From: Amoebophrya sp. A120
Taxonomy: Eukaryota; Protista; Dinoflagellata
Direction of reading: 5' to 3'
Length of the DNA stretch: 64,000 nt
Assembly: GCA_905178155.1 (NCBI GenBank)
Contig: CAJINV010000003.1
Coordinates: 816,517 to 880,516, forward strand
The position numbers and the translations under genes were made by a program. Numbering within the stretch: position 1 is the stretch's first letter; each line of letters starts with the position of its first letter. Shown here in pieces: positions 1 through 12,500 of the stretch. A model generated the notes under the pieces. That model was not told where the DNA came from and did not search any database. It saw only the letters and a list, made by a program, of their open reading frames with translations.

Positions 1-2583
1 ACACGTACGGAGTTCATTGGCGGGGAGAATCCCAACGCCGCCCCGCGCAACATCACGCTTGCCGAGTACGAGTGTCCGGATATCCTGGACGCCGTGCTTC
101 GCCGGTTCGAGGACGGCGGCGAGGGGATCGTGCGCACCACCGGGCCGTGCTCCTACTACCCTGAGGAAGGAGGTGGAGAGCAGCTGCAGCACCTGGAATT
201 CCAGTTTCAGGTCTACAAGCATGAAAAGGCGGTCACTCAGGCGACAGGTATAGTAATTTCTTGAACAGCTCCTAGCGCAAGTAGGAGTAGCGGATCAGAA
301 TCATTGTCAATGGCCGTGAAGATGACGTTGAAGTCTTTTTTGCTACGTGCCCTCGCCTTCTGCTTCTGCTTGTGATCTTCTTATTTTTCAACAAATCTAT
401 AAAATAAGACCAAGATTTGGATTTCCCATTTCGTCGCATAATTTCGATCTCCCAGCATGTGCATGAACTGAGCAATTCTTGACAGGCACGAAGGATGTCG
501 CTGCGGATTCGAGCGCCGGCAGTGGCTTCTTGAATGGAGCTGTCAGCTCAAAAGAGAAGCTGGATACGTTCGTTATGATCTGCAGCTCAGAAGATGTTGT
601 TGCATTCATCGTCTCATCAATCAGAGTTCTTCATTTGGATTGCATATATAGACACACAAGTATCTATACAGTTAGATGAAATAGCAATGGCTATATGGTG
701 AACAAGTGGTTTTGAGGTCAAGCATAGGAGTAGAACTCGCGAAGAGAAATTGCAATCAAACGACGTCTGAGCATTCCATATTCCACCGCTCCAAGGCCGC
801 AGCGGACCAGCAAGAGGCAGAGGCGCTCGAGGTCGCTTGGAGCGTGAAGAAAGGTGGTATGCTCGCAGCGCGCCGGTTCCGTCGCGCACTAGAGTTCTGC
901 AAGCAGCTGTCGTCATCAAACAGCTCTCCTTCCAAAAGTGGCGGTGCTGGCGGTGGCAGCTCTTCGTCCAGCAAAGAAACATCCAGTACCGGAGTCTCGG
1001 CGCAGAGCGACGGCGATCAACAACCCGTCGGTACAACCGGCACCACTTCTACGGAAATAAGCAGCAAGCATCTGCGCGAGCTGGAGGTGAAAGCGAAACT
1101 GGGACTCGCGCGTTCGCTCGTCATCGCGCAACATGTGTTTGCGGTCGAGAAGGCCGACCGGGGGGACTTTGGCAAGGATCTGGTGAAGTTCCTGGCCTCG
1201 AAGGGGCACAAATCCGCCGTGGAACAGAGCGTGAGTACAGACGATATCAAATGCAAAAATGTCTGGGTCTGGAAGCTTGTGATGCTAAAATGTGCATGAT
1301 GAAAACACTTCCGAATGCAGTCCGGCATGACAACTTCCCAAAACGCTTTCTCGTAGGCAATCCGCATGAGAAAGTGCGTTTTTGCATGACAAACGAGGCT
1401 ACGACTTTTGTTGGTTATGCAATACAGATTTTCTAGGTATGGAAAGCTAGCATTACAAGTTCCAACCTTCCAGACCCAGACATTTTTACAATCCATAGAC
1501 GAGGTGGAAGAAGCATTGAACCTTGCGGACGACGTCCTGGCGACCGCTCCGGGTGGCCCCACCTGCGAGCACTACCTGGTCAAAGCAGAAGCGCTCAGTA
1601 TATGAATCACTTTAGTAGGATCAACTTCTGTTTTACCAGCAGTTTTACATTTATACTTCACTCGTGTTTATTTTAATCGGCTTCGGCTCCTCGTCATGTT
1701 GATCGCAGATGTGCATGTGTTAGCGCTGGACCGCCCGGTGCTAAAATGAATTCAAAGCAATTTCAAAGTGAATTCAAAATGCCAGCGTTTTTGATTTCTG
1801 GTTGGTTGTGCCTCGTCTATCAATTATACAAGACTGAGACTCGTGTCTCTAGTCGGTGTTCCACGACAAAAATAACTAACTACAGACGCACTCGACCGGC
1901 TGGAGGATTCCCTGGCGGCGATCGAGTATGCATTCCAAAAATGCCTGGGTCTGGAAACTTGTGATGCAAGAAAGGGAATAGTGAGCAAACTGTTATGCGC
2001 TGCCAAGCATGACAAGTTTTTCCGTGGTTCTGAGTTGCGTACTCCGCAAGAGAAACTGCGTTTTTGCATGACAAGCAAGAGGAACTCATCGCGGTGACGC
2101 AACACAGAGTTCAGAGTCATGCCAGAATAGCATGACAAATCTCGCAACTTCCCAGACTCAGACATTTTTGCACTCGATATCGAGGAAGGCTTTAAGCTCG
2201 ACCCGAAAAACGAACCATTGCGCAGCGAGCGCGCCCGGGTGAACCTCAAGTTGAAAAAAACGGGGGCCGCCAACTCGGCCGAGCAAGTGAAGGCGTGGAA
2301 GGAGCGGGTGGACACCGAGATCGCGAAAACGGACGACTCCGAGCGGAACCTGAAGTGGATTCGGCAGATGATGCTGGACTTGGGCGACATGTGCGACAAG
2401 AGCGCGGTACAGTGGGACCAGCTGATGACAATCAAGATCGGCAAACCCATCGGGCAAATACAAAAGGCCTCGTGGGCCCAGGCGTCGGAGGTGGAGGGCG
2501 AGGATTCCCTGAACCAGCTCGCGACCAAACTTATCAAAAAATTCCGCAACATGGCCGAAAACAACCGTCCGCTTTGGAGCTAG
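1..2583 (+). CDS. FKBP-like plus TPR immunophilin-type protein, 5' partial, multi-exon
   Basis: Frame-1 exon 1-247 (ITLAEYECPDILDAVLRRFEDGGEGIVRT...LEFQFQVYKHEK) resembles the C-terminal half of an FKBP domain. TPR-like helices follow (AARRFRRALEF, EVKAKLGLARSL, LEDSLAAIEEGFKLDPKNEPL), joined across two introners; stop at 2583. Confidence 0.55.
1245..1497. mobile_element. Introner family A (TAT-N4-TGCAAAAATGTCTGGGTCTGGAA TIR)
   Basis: TIRs; DR gacga/gacga; excision gives STD|EVEEAL. Confidence 0.93.
1927..2179. mobile_element. Introner family A
   Basis: DR tcgag; AAIE|EGFKLDP. Confidence 0.92.
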
Positions 2584-3543
2584 AGGATGAAACGGAAACC
2601 AGAAAGGACCACTTTCTTCAACACAGACCCTTCACATGATGCTGACTACCCGAACGCCAACGTCGCACACGCACTTACCATATTAACGCATGAAGATGAA
2701 CAAGCAGCAACATCACAATGCAACCGCATCGAGCAGCACAAAAACAAAATTACGACCCGCTAATTGATCGTGCAGTTTTACTTTTACTCCTTACGCCCGG
2801 CGACGCAATTCATTGATTCAGAAACCGCTCAGTCGATTTTTCGCTTGAAGATTTGACACGACAACGTACGCGTACCAAGTAACCTTGCTGAAGTGCTACT
2901 TCAGTTTATTGCACCCGAGCTCTTTGAAGCGCTGCCGTGGGCTTCCTCTCCCTGGTGTTCGCCACCTCATCTGTGCCTGATATAGTACTCGTGACACTCA
3001 TCATTCTGTTGAAATTATTCGTGATCGCCGTTCCTGCATCCTGTGAGTGAGACGAGAGTCGTGATTGTTGCATTCATTGTTGCATCGACGGGTAAGAGAG
3101 AACGTGTGTGATTGTGCGTGTCGTGGTGTGCTCGATCGTCGAGGGGGACCATCTTCAAGTCATCTTGGTTGCACCTACTTGTACTAGCTGCCACCACTTC
3201 TTCTGCGAGAAGTACATGGTCCACCCAAAAATCAAAGCATGTCTTTGAGAAGATGACGCGTCTGCGTCCCCGCCCACAACCGCGTTCTCTGGATATAGGA
3301 CCTCACCGCGAAGAACCTGAAGCGACAAGCCGCGCATTCCTGTGACGTCGAGAAGCTTGTCGTTGCAGCTGGTGGTCACGTATTAAAATAACTTCCTGCA
3401 CCTCCTTCTACTCGCCTTGGTGCTACCAGGGCTGCGGGACGCAGCTTTGGTTTGCGTTTGTTGACTTCTTCTCGGGATCGTTCTCGCGGCAAAATAAATC
3501 GGGAATCACTTGAAAAGCATTTTGGTCGACGAAGTAGAAGAAG

Positions 3544-6500
3544 ATGTCGGCGTACGTGCTATCTTGGTTGAACGACGAGCTACAGCTCTCGGCCGGCCAG
3601 GTCACCGTGATCGAAAAGCAGTTTGCCTCGGGTATGGCGTTCTCAAACGTTACATTCTCAGCTGTTACATGAAATTTGTCATGCAAGAATGGCAAAAGTG
3701 AAAGGGAAAAGATTGGCCCTTTTGCATTACAGGTTTGGAGCAGATTATAATGGTAACTAGCGCGTCGAGAAGTTGTCATGCGGAGAAGGCTTGATCGTGT
3801 GCAGAGCGATAGTGTTTTTGCATGACAAATCATGTAACAGTTGAGAATGTAACATTTGAGAACGCCATATCGGGATACCTCTTCGCGGAAGTGCTGCACC
3901 GGGCGCATCCAAAAATTGTCACGTCGGACGACCTATCCTGTGCAAAAGTATCGTACTCGTACTGATTGCAGTTATGCATTACAAATCTCCTCCACAAGGC
4001 AAATCCGCATTACAAATTTAATTTGTAATGCTAGGCCAATTTGTAATGCAATTTATACGAGTACGATACTTTTGCAGTTCATATGACCTGGCTGAGTTCC
4101 TCAATGACAAAAAAGGTATCAGAATGTTGTGACGAGTCATTCTCATTTAACTACGATCCAATCAATCTGGTTGTGGACGACATATGATACCGATATTACG
4201 CCGATATTATGTAGTAGAACATCAAAAACTTCTGTTGAGACTCTTCTGAAACTGAAGAAACTCGTGTTTCACTTTCATCTTCATGATCTTGCGATCGACA
4301 CATCCGGATCCGTATAAAACAGCAAAAGGCGTGACGGTCGCGGGCGCGAAGAAGCACAACGCGGGTTTGCTCCGCAAGACGCTGAAGAAATGCGAGTTCA
4401 TACCGTACCAGGACGATTTGGTGGAGCAAATCATGGGAGAGGACCGGGGCACGAGCCTGCGGTTGCTGTACCAGATCCGCAAGTATGCATTGCAAAAGTA
4501 TCGTACTCGTATAAATGCATTACAAATTTCCTCAGCGTGACAAATGAAATTTGTAATGCAGATTTGCCTTAGGACAGAGATCTGTAATGCAAGAGTTACA
4601 TTTATACGAATGCGATACTTTTGCACAGGATAGCAAGAGCCTGGACGAGCCGAAGGTGCACGAGAAGCCGGAAAAAATTCCCAAGCTCCCCCGGACGGAG
4701 CTGGATGCGTCGGACGTGTACTGGTACAACCTGGGCGGCCATATCTCACGAAAATGTGTTACAGTTACACATTTGTTGGAGTTCCTGCATCACAAAGTTG
4801 CTCGACATGCCAAAGCAAACCTGTGATGCGCAGACTATAAGGGAAAACACGAATGAAATGAGGCTGGCAACAAGCATTTCTTGCATGACAGCGGTTGCCT
4901 GTCTTGCTTGTTTCGCAACACAACGTGTAACTGTAACACTTTTTTCTTCGCATAGCCCACAAGGAGCCGTTATTGAAGCCCTTCTTCGACGAGGAGCGGC
5001 AGCAGATCATCCACGGGCTGGAGCTGGACGAGCAGCAGGAAGCCGAGATTCTGCACAACCGGGACGTGAACCGTGCCTACCTGCTGCAGAAGGAGGTGGA
5101 ACGCCGCCAGGAGATGGCGGACGACGACGAGCGAGTGCTGCAGTTCTGGCGGAACACCTACCGCGCGGACGTGCGGAAGACCGCGGAGGAGGTGCGGGTG
5201 GAGCGCGAGGTGCTCGCCCGGGAGCAGGCTACCATCGACCAAACGCGGCGGTACTACCGAGGCCAAGCCTTCAACGGGATCGACGGCTATGAGCGCAACC
5301 TGCAGCGGATCGGGATTGACACCAGCGAGAACGCCGGAACGGATGTCGGTACCGAGGGAATACAGAACATGGGCCAACTGATGGAAAGCATGAAGTCTAG
5401 GTACGATCAGCAGTTGCAGTTCTAGTTCGCGGAAGATACAAGAACGTCGTTGTATACGTACAATTTGTAACGATCATCGGTGAGCTGAAATTGCTGAATG
5501 CTGCTTGAATGTTGAACCTGCTCAACCTTTTGTCTTAGTGAAGCATCTAGATGGTACTAAAAGATTTCAATGCGGATCAGACTCGATGCCGCCAAGAAGA
5601 ACTACAACATGACACGTACATAAACAGGTTACCAACCCGCAAGAACTTGTTTTTGGAGTGCCTCGCGAAGATGCGAAAGATCAAGGCGGGAGGCAAGACC
5701 AGAAGACGTGCGGCCGTTGAACGCGAGAAGCGACGAAGAAAACAGCGGGTGCAGACGGCCGCAGAGGCAGAAGATCTTGCGAAAACCACCGCACTGAAAA
5801 CCGAAACGGATAGACTCACACAAGTCATGGCTACGCAGCAAAAGGCGGCAAGGCTACACTACTTGCAGCGGGCCTTCGAGGAAAAAGAAACAGAGCACAG
5901 AGCGCTCCTGCAGACCAAGACCGCGGCAAGAAGGTATTTTTGATGGCTTTTTTTTGGGTAATATACTCTGTACTTAGCTGTACGCATGATCATGTTGTTC
6001 CCATTTCGTTCTACAGCAGTCCCAGTCGCGTGATGCTGGGTCATTAGTTGCTAAATGAATTTACGTGATTTTTGCAGAGTTAACATTGTTGGAGACAGGA
6101 AAGTGTTGATGCCCATGTAGTTGCTTGAGTCCGTAACCTACTTAAAGAATTCCAAGCGCCACTGATTTCTGGTGGCATAATTGTCACCTCAACCACTTCA
6201 TCTCGATTGCACGACAGGAAATCCGAAAGCGAGGACCGGTGGGCCGCTGCGTCGCAGATAGTACGAGAGGAGTACACCGGCGCGCACTATCCAGGAAAAA
6301 ACACCAACTCCCATCCAATTTGTCATGCAAAACATGCAAAGGGAAAGGCTGCAGTGTTTGTCATGCAACAAATGGATGGGTATGCTATGGGTGTTTTTTC
6401 CTGGATGCGCAGGCTGCTGTCCGGAAAGACCACCACGAGACGTTCGTGATGATGGAAAAGGACCGCAAAGCGGCACGGGAGTACAAGCACGCCTCTTACT

Positions 6501-9500
6501 GTGACCGCGTACTCGATGACCTCGTGCACATCGCGGACAAGATATGGGAGTGCACAATAAAAATTCCCCCTCGCTCTCATTTGTAATGCAAAATACCAAA
6601 TCCACCTCCTAGTCTTACTTGCGTTGTTGAAGCGCCGTCCGTATGACAAATTTTAGAACCTTAAACTTAAACAGTACTACAATCCGGGCGCAGGAGAAGA
6701 TATGTAATGGTGCGAGAGACCCACAATTTCTGCCGTTACTTCTACTTGTGTTGCTGTTCTACTGCCATACAAATGACGGGGACGGGGGGGAGTTGTGCAC
6801 TCTCATAAAAGATTTTTCGCCACCGCCAGGCCAAGTACCAAGCCACCGGAGAACTGCCCCCGCCGTCGATGCCCCCACAAGACTACCGTGTTTTTCTCGA
6901 AGAATTCGTCGAGATGGGTGCTGGGCCGAGGCAGCCGTAGAATTATTTTAGCTAAAACTTCTTGTTGTTGTTTGCCTTTGCTGTTCATCTTGACAGACAA
7001 TTTGCATTTGTCCCCTGACTCTCCTCCTTCGTTTTGATGATCCTTTGATACTGTTACTGTCACTGTCTGCAACATGGGAGGCATAAGTAGAAAATTTCGA
7101 TTGTGGTCCACAAGAACCTCGACCACATATGAAGTCAATGTCAACAGAAGTACTTTATACAAACACGTCGAATTATTATTATAAACAGGCGTCCAGATTT
7201 GTCTTCTGACGGCGACAAGGAGCCGGAAGCATTGCCCGTGCCGCCTGCAGGACCGATTGTGTCTCGGCTGGGCTCCGACGCGATCGTGCGTGACTTTTTT
7301 TTCAGTCAAAATGCCTGGAGCGTTTCCGCCGAACAGGCCGCCGCACTCGCAGCCGCCCGGGAGGAACTTCCGCCGCCAGAGTTTGCGTCCTATCAACCGC
7401 AAATATGTCTGGGTCTGGAAACTTGTGATGCTGGGTGGCGTCTCATGATGAGGCCACAAGTGCTGGCTCAGCATGACAAGTTTCTGAGCTGCTAGGTGTT
7501 GCCTATTCTGCATGACAAACTGCGTTTCTGCATCACAGAAAAGTTGAGCTTTTGGGTAACGTGCATGACAGATTTAAGAGTCCTGCCAGACACGCATGAC
7601 AAACGTGCACTCTTGTTCCAGACCCAGACATTTTTGCATTTGATACGTCCGTCGCGGAGACGATCACCAAGATTTTCCAGGACGACGCGTACGACACCAA
7701 GCTGCAAGTGCGCAAAAGCGTATTTGAAAAAATTCCGGAGATCAAGCTCGAAGATCCTTCCGTAGGAGCAGAAGGTGATTCTGCTCCACCCGCGGAGGGG
7801 GAAGAAGATCCGAAGGCTGTTGCGGCCCGGTACTTGCCCGCACCCACCCGGGAAGACATCGAGTTTGTCCTCGTCAGCGGCCCGCCGCTGTCGGGCAAGC
7901 GGTCTGTAGTGCAGGCGCTGGCAGGTGACCACGTCTTTGTCGTTATGAATTGCAAAAGTATCGTACTCGTACTAGTACTACTACGCACTACTCGCACTCA
8001 TGCATTACAAATCTGCTTCTCAAGCAGGAAAATCCGCATTTTACAGATTTTGTTTCTCGTCATGCTGAGGACGAATAAATTATTTGTCATGCAAAAATTT
8101 ATACTAGTAGTACGATACTTTTGCATCTGATAGTCGTGGATTACGAGCAATTGATCACCGGGGCACACGCAGTGTGGCTTGACTACAAGGTACGTATATT
8201 TAAACATGGTTCGGTGTCATAATGCTAGTACCTCCTCTGTTCCTATCGTATGCAGATCAGTACAACGGCGGGAGCATAGATATGGTAGGTCTAGGTGGAG
8301 GAAAAAAATGGAACGGGAAGTGCCACCAGAAAGCAAGACGTCGTCGTCGATCTTTCAGTTTACTTTTCTGGTGACCTAAAAAATGAAAAACGGAAAAATG
8401 TTACAGCCCGAGAAAGTCGAGAACCCCGAGGACGAACCCGCACTACCGTTGGAAATCTCCGCGCTGACGGAAGGGCACGCGGGCAACACGGCTGCTTTCG
8501 CGCAGATGAAGGACGAGCTCCTGGCAGCTCTCGACCTGCCGCCGCCCAAGAAGGGCGAGCCTGCCCCGGGCGAGGGCGTGGCGAAGAAGTATTTAATGCA
8601 GACGGAGCTGACCCAGAGCATGTTCGAGAAGCTGCTGAAGACGCACTTGGCAACCACGGTAGACGAAAAGTGCACCCCTTACCTCGCGTCCGCGTGCCTG
8701 CAGAAGCGGGAGAAGATGGCGACCGACCTGGCCGCACTGCAGGAAGCACAAAAAAGCGCGGAGGCCGAACTGCACGAAATTCAGAACCCGCCAGCGCCCG
8801 AACCGGCGGAGGGCGAAGAGGATGAACCTCCCCAAGCGCCAGAAGTTGACCAGGAAGCGCTTGCGGAGGCGGAGGCGAAAGTTGACGCCGCGATCCGAGC
8901 AGTCCGCGAGTGGCACGCCAAGGTGAAGAGGATATGAGACTGCACAACTCGTCGTCCCCCTTCCCCTCGTTTGTTATGCCAAATTCCAAATAGAAGACGA
9001 CCCCTTGCTTGTATAACACAACTGTTTGCATGAAAGATTCCGGAATGATCCAAAACAGCACTATAGTCCTCTAGGAATTTGTCATGCAAAAGGTGCATCT
9101 TTGCCAGCGCTTGCGTTGCTGTTCATGCAACACATCAAATGAGGGGGAGGGGGAGTTCTTGTGCACTCTCATAGAGGAAGCCGCGGTGCTACATCGTCCT
9201 CGCCGCAGACTACTACCCCATGGACGCTGCGGAAACCACGTCTCTGATGCACAACTGCATTTTGCCGATTCTGGGCTGTGACCTGGCCGCGCTGGACTCG
9301 GAAACTGCGAGCAGCGCGTTGCCGAAGCCTACGGACTCGGAATCGCGGAAGACCAAGGCGCAGCGCGCCAGCGCGGTGCTGCTGCCAGAGTTGGGGTTGC
9401 TCCGGGATGGTGCCATGGTACCGCCCGGCAGTCCGGCCAGCTCCTCTTCTAGCGGTTTTTATTCCCGTGCGTCGAGTAAAGCAAGGCAACCCATCGCGAC

Positions 9501-12500
9501 ACTGCCGTGCTTGCGCAAGGTGTATTTGAGCGCCGGCCCGGAAGTGTACGAGCGCCCGGACGACCCTTCGCGGCTGCCGGAGACGTTTTTCAACACGGGG
9601 GCAACAGCAGAGGCGGAAGGCGAAGGCGCCTCGGCAGCAACAACCTGCTCCGTCTTCCCCTTCGTCAGAGCCACGACCCACCCGCTGATCGACCGGGTGT
9701 ACCAGGCAAAGGTTGCACTGCAGAGTGCAGTATCGAATGCAAATTAATATGTCTGAGTCTGGATGGATTCGAATTTGTGATGCGCGTTTTGGATCAGACA
9801 AAAATCTGTCATGCGTGGACAGCAAATATTAATAAAGACTCCTACTTTATTTCGTCATCAAAATCTGGAATTGGAAATCGTCTCAAATAAACCTGTCGTG
9901 ATGCAATCGCACGCTTGCATGCCAGAGCTTCTGCTGGGTCATACAAAAACTGCATTACAAAGTCCGCACTCTTCCAGACCAAGACCCAGACATCATGTTT
10001 GCATTCTATATGCAGCCCAAAGTCCCTTCACCCCCGTGGCAGCCCCCGCGTCTTCCAGTTCCAAGGCGCCGCGGTCCAAGAAATCCGGCAGCATGATGGG
10101 CAGCTCCGCCATGCTGTCGGCGTCGGCCTCCGCCTTCCCGCTCGGCGCATCCTCTGCTGCTCCCGCAGGAGGTGCTCCGCGAGTGCCGCCGCCGTCCAAT
10201 TTCCAAGTGTTCCGCACCTCCACCGACGAGGGGGTCCGCCCGGTCGTGGACATCGCCAGCGACATTCGTAACGCAATGCTGGTGCCCGAGACCCCGGTTC
10301 TGCCGCCCGTTGCGCCCGCGTCGGACGGGACGGAGTACGAACAATGGGGCCAAGTGGCACTCGCCTACGAGCAAAAGTGCCTCAACCTGCTCGACTCGCT
10401 GACGGGCCAGACGCAGACTTTCTTTCGGGAGTTGGAGGACAAAAAACAGAGCTTCGAGAAGTTCATGAACCTGTATGACAGTGCACAACTCCCCCTCCCC
10501 CTCATTTGTCATGCAAAATACCCAGTCCACCGCACCGCTTGCCTCTACTTGGCACTGTTTGCATGACAAGTCCGGGTAGCTCAACGAGCACTATACTCCA
10601 TTGCTAATTTGTCATGCAAAACTGGCATTCTACTTGCTGATGCTTGCATTGCCGTTCATGCTATACAAATGAGGGGGAGGGGGAGTTGTTCACTGTTATA
10701 ACCTGAAAAACGAGAACTTGAAGCAGCCCATCCGCGAGGCGGGCCGCAGCGTATGCATCGCAAATATGTCTGGGTCTGGAAGGATGCAACTTCTCATGCT
10801 AAATCTGAACCATGCAAAAATCTGTGTTGCGTGATTACCAAAAGTCGTCCACTTTTGACCAAGTTGGGAGGGGGTTGCTCATGCAGGATAGGCATGATAT
10901 TGATAGAGATCCTCGCACAGAATCTGTCATGCTATGTCCTGCATTCCAGACCTCATGGGTCATTGAAAAACCGCATGACAAATCGCGCACTCTTGCAGAC
11001 CCAGACACTTTTGCATTTGATAGAGCGCCGTGCGGAACGACAACGCCGCCGAGAATGTGTCGGACCTGTTGTGGGCGGAAGCTAACCGACGGCGGAAGGA
11101 CTCGGAGGAAGAATTTACAAAAACCTACCTCGACGACAGCGCCTGGTGGAAGTCGAAAATTTTAGATTTTCTCCTCAAGACGTAGAACCCGCTCAAGTGT
11201 TACAAGAATCTCAAGCGTTACAATAGAATATGGAAATCTGTGATGCAAGAGTGCATGATCTAGCCATCAACTCTAATAGGAATGCGCATGACAAGTTCCG
11301 GATCCACCGCGACCGCCCCAAACGCCAATACAATCTGGCGAAATTTGTATTGCAAAAGGTGGAACGCTGTGCGAGTCTGGTGTCAACATGCTCATCATGC
11401 AACACAAATTCCAGACTCTGTTGCTGTAACGTTTGAGATGGTAACCGATTTGAGCAAGTCATAAGACGGCCGAGCAGTTTCTCGAAGCCCACTGGCTGTA
11501 CGCGATCGAGTATCCAAGAAAAAAACGTTGTTAGTGTAAATTTGTGATGCGCAACATGCAAGACGGTTGCGTCTGTCATGCTTGGCATGCATCGTAGGGC
11601 CCATTCAACGGCGTTTTCCCATACTATCTGCGCATGACAGGGATTTGCTTTCATGCGAGAGATTTTTGTCATGCTATTGCTAATCCTCCAAGAAAGTGAC
11701 ACCTACAATGTTTTTTTCGTGGATATCGAGCTCAGCGGTCTGGTGGCGGGCGTATCCACGGGTGACGCGGCAACCGCGGTCGGGCCAATATGAACTGCAA
11801 AAGTATCGTACTAGTATAAATTGCAATACAAATTTCCTTAGCATGAGAAATGGAATTTGTCATGCTGTTTTAGCTTAGAAAGGCGATTTGTCATGCATAA
11901 TTGCGATTACTACGAGTACGATACTTTTGCACAGGATAGCCAACCACCTTTACCAAAACGTCACCTCCAACTTCGAAGAAGTTTCTCGCCGGAGGCGCGA
12001 TGCAGCACTTGCCCATTCCCGGGGACGACAACGTGTTCGCTTTGGGTCGATTGGTGATGAACACATCACCCCTGCCGGGAGCACCATCACCAGAAGGAGA
12101 CCACCCAGGAGCCGTTGCTGTCCCGGTCAGCGAGGCTATGCGATTATTGGACGCTTTGTGTCACATGTATTCCAGCGCGGCCGCCACGACGTCGGAACAA
12201 ATAAGCAGTCCGATAGATCCAGGTGTGCAACCGTTCTACCTGGAAAGGTGTCACTCCACGCTCGCAAAGTTTCGTGACCTGGCTATCCTGAGTAAAAACC
12301 AACCTCCCCGCGGATTGGCAGTGTAGTACTCGTCTTTAGGTAGTGAAGCATCATCAAAGATCTAGCGCATCATGCTAGTAGTTCGAGCGTCACAAATCTC
12401 AAAACACGTACGAGAAAATGCTTATCTATCATGATGGGCTCCGCACGAGAAACATTTGCATTTACTTACAACTCTGGGGGCGCGGGAATGCTTTTACGCG

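Noticed and set aside
12324-12326. Apparent end of SPEF2 at TAG 12326
   Set aside because: The stop lies inside the degenerate element 12284-12505; SPEF2-like sequence continues to 16474.
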